Of a DNA stretch of 10,941 bases, positions 9,001 through 10,941 are shown in pieces. Position 1 is the first letter of the stretch. Each line of letters opens with the position of its first letter. Under the pieces are notes generated by a model. That model made no database searches. It was not told the origin of the DNA and was given only the letters and a program-made list of their open reading frames with translations. Source of the stretch: Candidatus Heimdallarchaeota archaeon (GTDB lineage: Archaea; Asgardarchaeota; Heimdallarchaeia; Heimdallarchaeales; Heimdallarchaeaceae). The stretch lies in the NCBI GenBank assembly GCA_018238545.1, contig JABCTC010000072.1, forward strand, positions 1 to 10,941, given 5' to 3'. The translations under genes and the position numbers were made by a program.

Positions 9001-9819
9001 AATTTCATATTGATAGGTGTTGTTTTCGCTTGAAAGATAGAAAGTTGTATCAGTTTCGTATAACTCAGGATCTTCAACGTGAACAAGTCTGATATACTCA
9101 ATATCAATTTTAGTTCCTACTACAAATGTGGTTGTGGAATTAGAAAAAAGGATTTGAAAATCTGTTTCTGTTCCAGTCCATGATGCAGAAGTTATTTCCA
9201 CACAAAATTCATACCATTTGTCAGCTAGAAATCCTCCATCACCATAACCACAATCATCCCAACCATTAACATCTACGACCGTATTTCCCCAATGTCCATC
9301 ATAGAGATATATTTCTCCTAGTGCTGTGTCTGTTCTACAAATAGTTACATTTGTTCTAAATCTCATCGCAAAATGGGTATAATAAGAAGTATCTACTGAA
9401 GCAGTTGAACTATAATCTGTGTAAATATATACTGTTGCAATACCTGTTTTTGCAACAAAAGAATAAATCCCATTTTCATGCGTTTCTGATCCAACATCAC
9501 CACATGTTGAATCCCAATCGTCAGTGTCCCCTTCAGTCCAATCCCAAGCGTCTAATTCAAAGATTTCAGCGTAATCTGTTTCGGTGGGAACAGAGGGAGT
9601 GAAATAAAAACTACAATTATTAAATTCTCCTGAAGAATAACTGTAAGTCCAGATTTCATATTCTTTTTGTTCTAAAGTGCCTCTAAAAGTTGTTTGAATT
9701 ATTCCGTTGCTATCAGTTGTTAAAGAGGTAACATCGGGATAAAGTGTCGATAAAGCTTTTGAATGTGCCAGCGCAGTTGCTTCTGTCCAAAATTTTGAAA
9801 GAAAACGGTTGCTTTTTTG
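6043..9819 (-). CDS. Very large acidic surface glycoprotein / adhesin / spike-like protein with Ig-like repeats and a C-terminal TM anchor; 5'-truncated
   Basis: The track start at 9366 is internal. The frame is open to 9819 and reads in the same style up to about 9720 (TTDSNGIIQTTFRG...ELDAWDWTEGDTDDWD). No signal peptide or start is visible, so the true N-terminus is missing. The protein is T/S/Y/D/E-rich with about 20 N-X-S/T sequons. It ends in PAFIAGMSAIALIIILVAIYIV followed by NKNVKKKERLNK. Confidence 0.85.
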   Translation of the reverse strand, partial: QKSNRFLSKFWTEATALAHSKALSTLYPDVTSLTTDSNGIIQTTFRGTLEQKEYEIWTYSYSSGEFNNCSFYFTPSVPTETDYAEIFELDAWDWTEGDTDDWDSTCGDVGSETHENGIYSFVAKTGIATVYIYTDYSSTASVDTSYYTHFAMRFRTNVTICRTDTALGEIYLYDGHWGNTVVDVNGWDDCGYGDGGFLADKWYEFCVEITSASWTGTETDFQILFSNSTTTFVVGTKIDIEYIRLVHVEDPELYETDTTFYLSSENNTYQYEIYSDSNYLGVYQDLETILKNNTVGNHNLTYVLFSAGEERAYLSSTYEYLYTVDSAAFSVSVENFYLSDDYANLFVTSNYDCSYEITAGGSGSGNIDKEGTTISVTRITTPGSEVTLTLEFTYGSETVTFTTRYNNPVSAFYVSSYTVEIGEENVEIIWSTSKSTIDSLTVYEDGSLTTVNADTTSPSSWTKSSTVGVHYVTLIFSAAGFQDIIYSFNYEIVSAIFEINIESFHLSELYVNTYITASENGNYQVYENNTAIPSDSPTPFFSVGTSIQTDRDTTEGAFINYAIKFWNAAEDTIWFNTTYSNTEGVFFVTSYSVNIGDTTITVTWATSLTDSDKLTVYEDGALTTVNEDTTSPSDWTKSTVVGTHSVTLLFEADGYTTVAYSFNYHIYAVADFQVDIGSFQVSDNYVNTYATANYDGSYYVYEDNVEIETGTLYGSGTVIETNKNITAGITIAYAIKFVYESTEIWFNTTYSNPRTPFYLTDYRVTDGSTITITWDTTLPALDSLTIYEDGMLIEDSDPESTTTWVKNTTVGNHYVTLIFSAAGYDDIIHSFSYSVYPPIAFSVYVESFYVSDDYLNIYATANFDYTYIVYQNDLDIGSGSGMAVGTIIISPKSRAAGLYNFTIVFTYGSENITFMTWYSNLIPPLHPSNDLYRTDSQGFYNISLYTNLAFFWVDVWHDSVLIIDDSTETRYSIPKASKVGLHNITLIYSYNISTDSEGYPIAEYNATISYEFWYETKLFYDIRIRYVPTNYLGLAIGDAFEVSWVNTYFNGKLIFDGEIDDVPDYSNYTFIANDYIRIRNNMPIHNLTITDLFGREIMYNLTIDISSFAYAIIELPVYRLGVVNNDDESHKISIRSYLSGEEWQTTPILPPGYQTEYWVCNRTYEIRILSVGSTTYDENGAMVELYDDITDYPELRTVPYVIVIPLDLVFEPEEEEVIDKWWTKPAFIAGMSAIALIIILVAIYIVNKNVKKKERLNK
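7057..8841 (-). repeat. Intragenic tandem repeat: alternating A and B domains of ~85 aa each, arranged A-B-A-B-A-B-A (period ~170-174 aa)
   Basis: A units begin FSVSVENFYLSDDY, FEINIESFHLSELY, FQVDIGSFQVSDNY and FSVYVESFYVSDDY. B units contain LTVYEDG...WTKS..VG.H.VTL.F.A.G. A DNA-level near-repeat GAAGGACT...CCATCCTCATAAACAGT occurs at 7922 and 8444, 522 nt apart. Confidence 0.9.
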
Positions 9820-9851
9820 TTAGGAATTTCACCTTCAATAACCAATATTTC
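9774..9851 (-). other. Short fragment resembling the C-terminal Tudor-like domain of PcrA/UvrD helicase (Bacteroidota type)
   Basis: EILVIEGEIPNKKATVFFQNFGQKQL resembles the PcrA/UvrD tail pattern V..IEG...NKKATIFF...GQKQLLLKFAKL, but breaks off before LLKFAKL. Recognised from memory. Confidence 0.55.
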
Positions 9852-9986
9852 GTACCCTTGCAGCACTCTTATTACATCCCGTTTATATTTTGGCCTCTTC
9901 TTAACGCCCCGTATACCTCTAAAACCTTCCCGGCGAACCTCTTCTTTACTCTTAGGTTCTGCGCTATCACAGATTATTTTATCATC
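9837..9986 (-). other. Internal fragment of a PBSX-family phage terminase large subunit (RNase H-like C-terminal domain)
   Basis: IICDSAEPKSKEEVRREGFRGIRGVKKRPKYKRDVIRVLQGYEILV matches the typical TerL segment I.aDSAEPKSI.El...G....ga.K.......I..LQ.Y.I.V. Only about 50 aa are present. Confidence 0.7.
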
Positions 9987-10310
9987 TAATTCAACTGCAT
10001 AAAATTTATCGCTAGCAATTGAAATTTCATAAACTCCATTCAAATTCTGAACTGACGAAGATGTATAAGTTCCACTATCCGATTCTCCTGTTGTTTCATT
10101 TATATAACTATAAGTATTATTATCCTCGTCTATTTGGTAAGTAATAACATCTCCATAACTACCAGAAGCTAAATAATTATTCTTATTTTCTACTGTTTGA
10201 TTGTTGTTATTGTTGTCATCTTCAAGCGTTGTATCATCTTCATCTTTTCCACAAGCTCCGATTAACACTGCAATGACCATTAATAAAGTCATTAATTTTA
10301 AATAATTTGT
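9972..10310 (-). other. N-terminal fragment of a bacterial (Bacteroidota-style) lipoprotein
   Basis: TNYLKLMTLLMVIAVLIGAC-GKDEDDTT: a hydrophobic core, a lipobox Cys at 10251-10253 and an acidic KDEDD export-signal-like stretch, followed by an N/T/S-rich beta region. Composition switches abruptly to basic sequence after ELDDKII. Confidence 0.65.
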
Positions 10311-10329
10311 CTGCCACAATCACATCCCC

Positions 10330-10722
10330 TTAAAATTTCTGAGCCCCAGGCTCTACTTTTAATAAATCACTACCAAATTTAGCATCATACACATTTTTAA
10401 CTATCACTTCAAAATACATTAATATCGGCCTACCTAATGACACTGAATCATTAATATAAAGAACTAAAGACCCTAACTTATTCGTATCCTCTGAAGTAAG
10501 AGTTAAGTAATACAAACCCGCACAACCTGGAATATCAGCCCAGACATGCGTTCCAATGTTAACTATAGTTTCATCCGCCTTTACGATATACTTCCAATAA
10601 TACCAACTAAGCTGGGCCCCAGATATTGGATTAAGAGGATCGGTAAGTTTTGTTTGTCTGGTAAGAAGCACTCCAACTCGAATCTTTTGTTGTGTTTCGT
10701 GCCTTATTTGATAGCTAAACAT
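10330..10722 (-). CDS. Hypothetical phage-like protein, 130 aa (beta-rich, possibly virion-associated)
   Basis: Complete ORF starting 1 nt after the GIY-YIG stop. GLYYLTLTSEDTNKLGSL...FEVIVKNVYDAKFG recalls a domain common in uncharacterised tailed-phage proteins (from memory, unverified). Confidence 0.7.
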   Translation of the reverse strand: MFSYQIRHETQQKIRVGVLLTRQTKLTDPLNPISGAQLSWYYWKYIVKADETIVNIGTHVWADIPGCAGLYYLTLTSEDTNKLGSLVLYINDSVSLGRPILMYFEVIVKNVYDAKFGSDLLKVEPGAQKF

Positions 10723-10723
10723 A

Positions 10724-10941
10724 TTATGGTATCCGAATTGCCCCTTGCTCCCTCAAGTAATCTATCTTATCACATCTCTTTTGTTGCTTTACTTTATACT
10801 CTAACTTAAGAGCATCACTTCTTGACATAGCACCGCTTACCCGCACCAATCGCACAGGCAAACGTGAACGAGTATACTTGGCCCCTCGCCCCCTATTATG
10901 GATTATCAGTCTCTTATCGAGATTATTAGTTACTCCACAAT
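10724..10941 (-). CDS. GIY-YIG nuclease, UPF0213/YhbQ-like, 5' end outside the window
   Basis: Not in the ORF track. Translation: CGVTNNLDKRLIIHNRGRGAKYTRSRLPVRLVRVSGAMSRSDALKLEYKVKQQKRCDKIDYLREQGAIRIP*. It carries the G.TN.L..R...HN.G.GAKYTR.R.PV.LV and A.K.E..hK family motifs. Confidence 0.9.
   Translation of the reverse strand, partial: CGVTNNLDKRLIIHNRGRGAKYTRSRLPVRLVRVSGAMSRSDALKLEYKVKQQKRCDKIDYLREQGAIRIP

Larger units (their letters stand above)
1..9720 (-). mobile_element. Putative archaeal virus/provirus (or related MGE) morphogenesis operon, pleolipovirus/spindle-shaped-virus-like gene order
   Basis: Eight co-oriented genes abut or overlap: GTGA at 6043-6046, ATGA at 5396-5399, a 23-nt overlap at 4392-4414, TAA-ATG at 1910-1915, ATGA at 1754-1757 and an 8-nt overlap at 1524-1531. 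The order is TM-anchored surface protein, membrane proteins, then a packaging/extrusion-type ATPase. There are no housekeeping genes. Archaeal origin is inferred from the N-X-S/T density in an acidic surface protein and from the CPxCG microprotein. Confidence 0.65.

Noticed and set aside
9837-9986. Terminase as evidence that the main element is a tailed phage
   Set aside because: It is only a ~50-aa fragment inside the mosaic region, with no ATPase half, portal or capsid gene nearby.
10198-10220. Short (TTG/TTA)n trinucleotide run
   Set aside because: It simply encodes the DDNNNNNQ low-complexity linker after the lipobox.
2632-10809. Remaining plus-strand ORFs (2632, 4085, 5627, 7207, 9405, 9744, 9817, 10546)
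   Set aside because: All are short, lie opposite better-supported minus-strand coding frames, and show no recognisable motifs.
1-10941. tRNA, rRNA, integrase or att sites, terminators
   Set aside because: None recognisable. The window is almost entirely coding, with no intergenic space for structured RNAs.

Overview
This AT-rich window has all credible genes on the minus strand, and it falls into two parts. (1) About 1-9720 is one tightly coupled operon that looks like an archaeal membrane-virus or provirus module. In order it encodes: a very large 5'-truncated acidic surface protein (sequon-rich, alternating A/B Ig-like repeats, C-terminal TM anchor); a secreted, TM-anchored 216-aa protein; a 3-TM protein; a coiled-coil protein; a ~530-aa P-loop ATPase of FtsK-HerA/A32 type, apparently fused to an HTH-like segment and a PD-(D/E)XK-like domain; a 52-aa CPxCG zinc ribbon; a small ORF; and a >510-aa multidomain protein with a YgjP-type HExxH metallopeptidase. 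The ORF track misses the N-terminal half of the ATPase (no in-frame ATG/GTG/TTG; probable CTG start), the zinc ribbon and the metallopeptidase protein. (2) About 9720-10941 is a patchwork. It holds a phage-like GIY-YIG nuclease and a hypothetical gene, then in-frame joined fragments resembling a Bacteroidota-type lipoprotein, a phage terminase large subunit and a PcrA/UvrD C-terminus. This patchwork is most simply an assembly chimera. All family calls come from manual translation and motif recognition; no database search was run.
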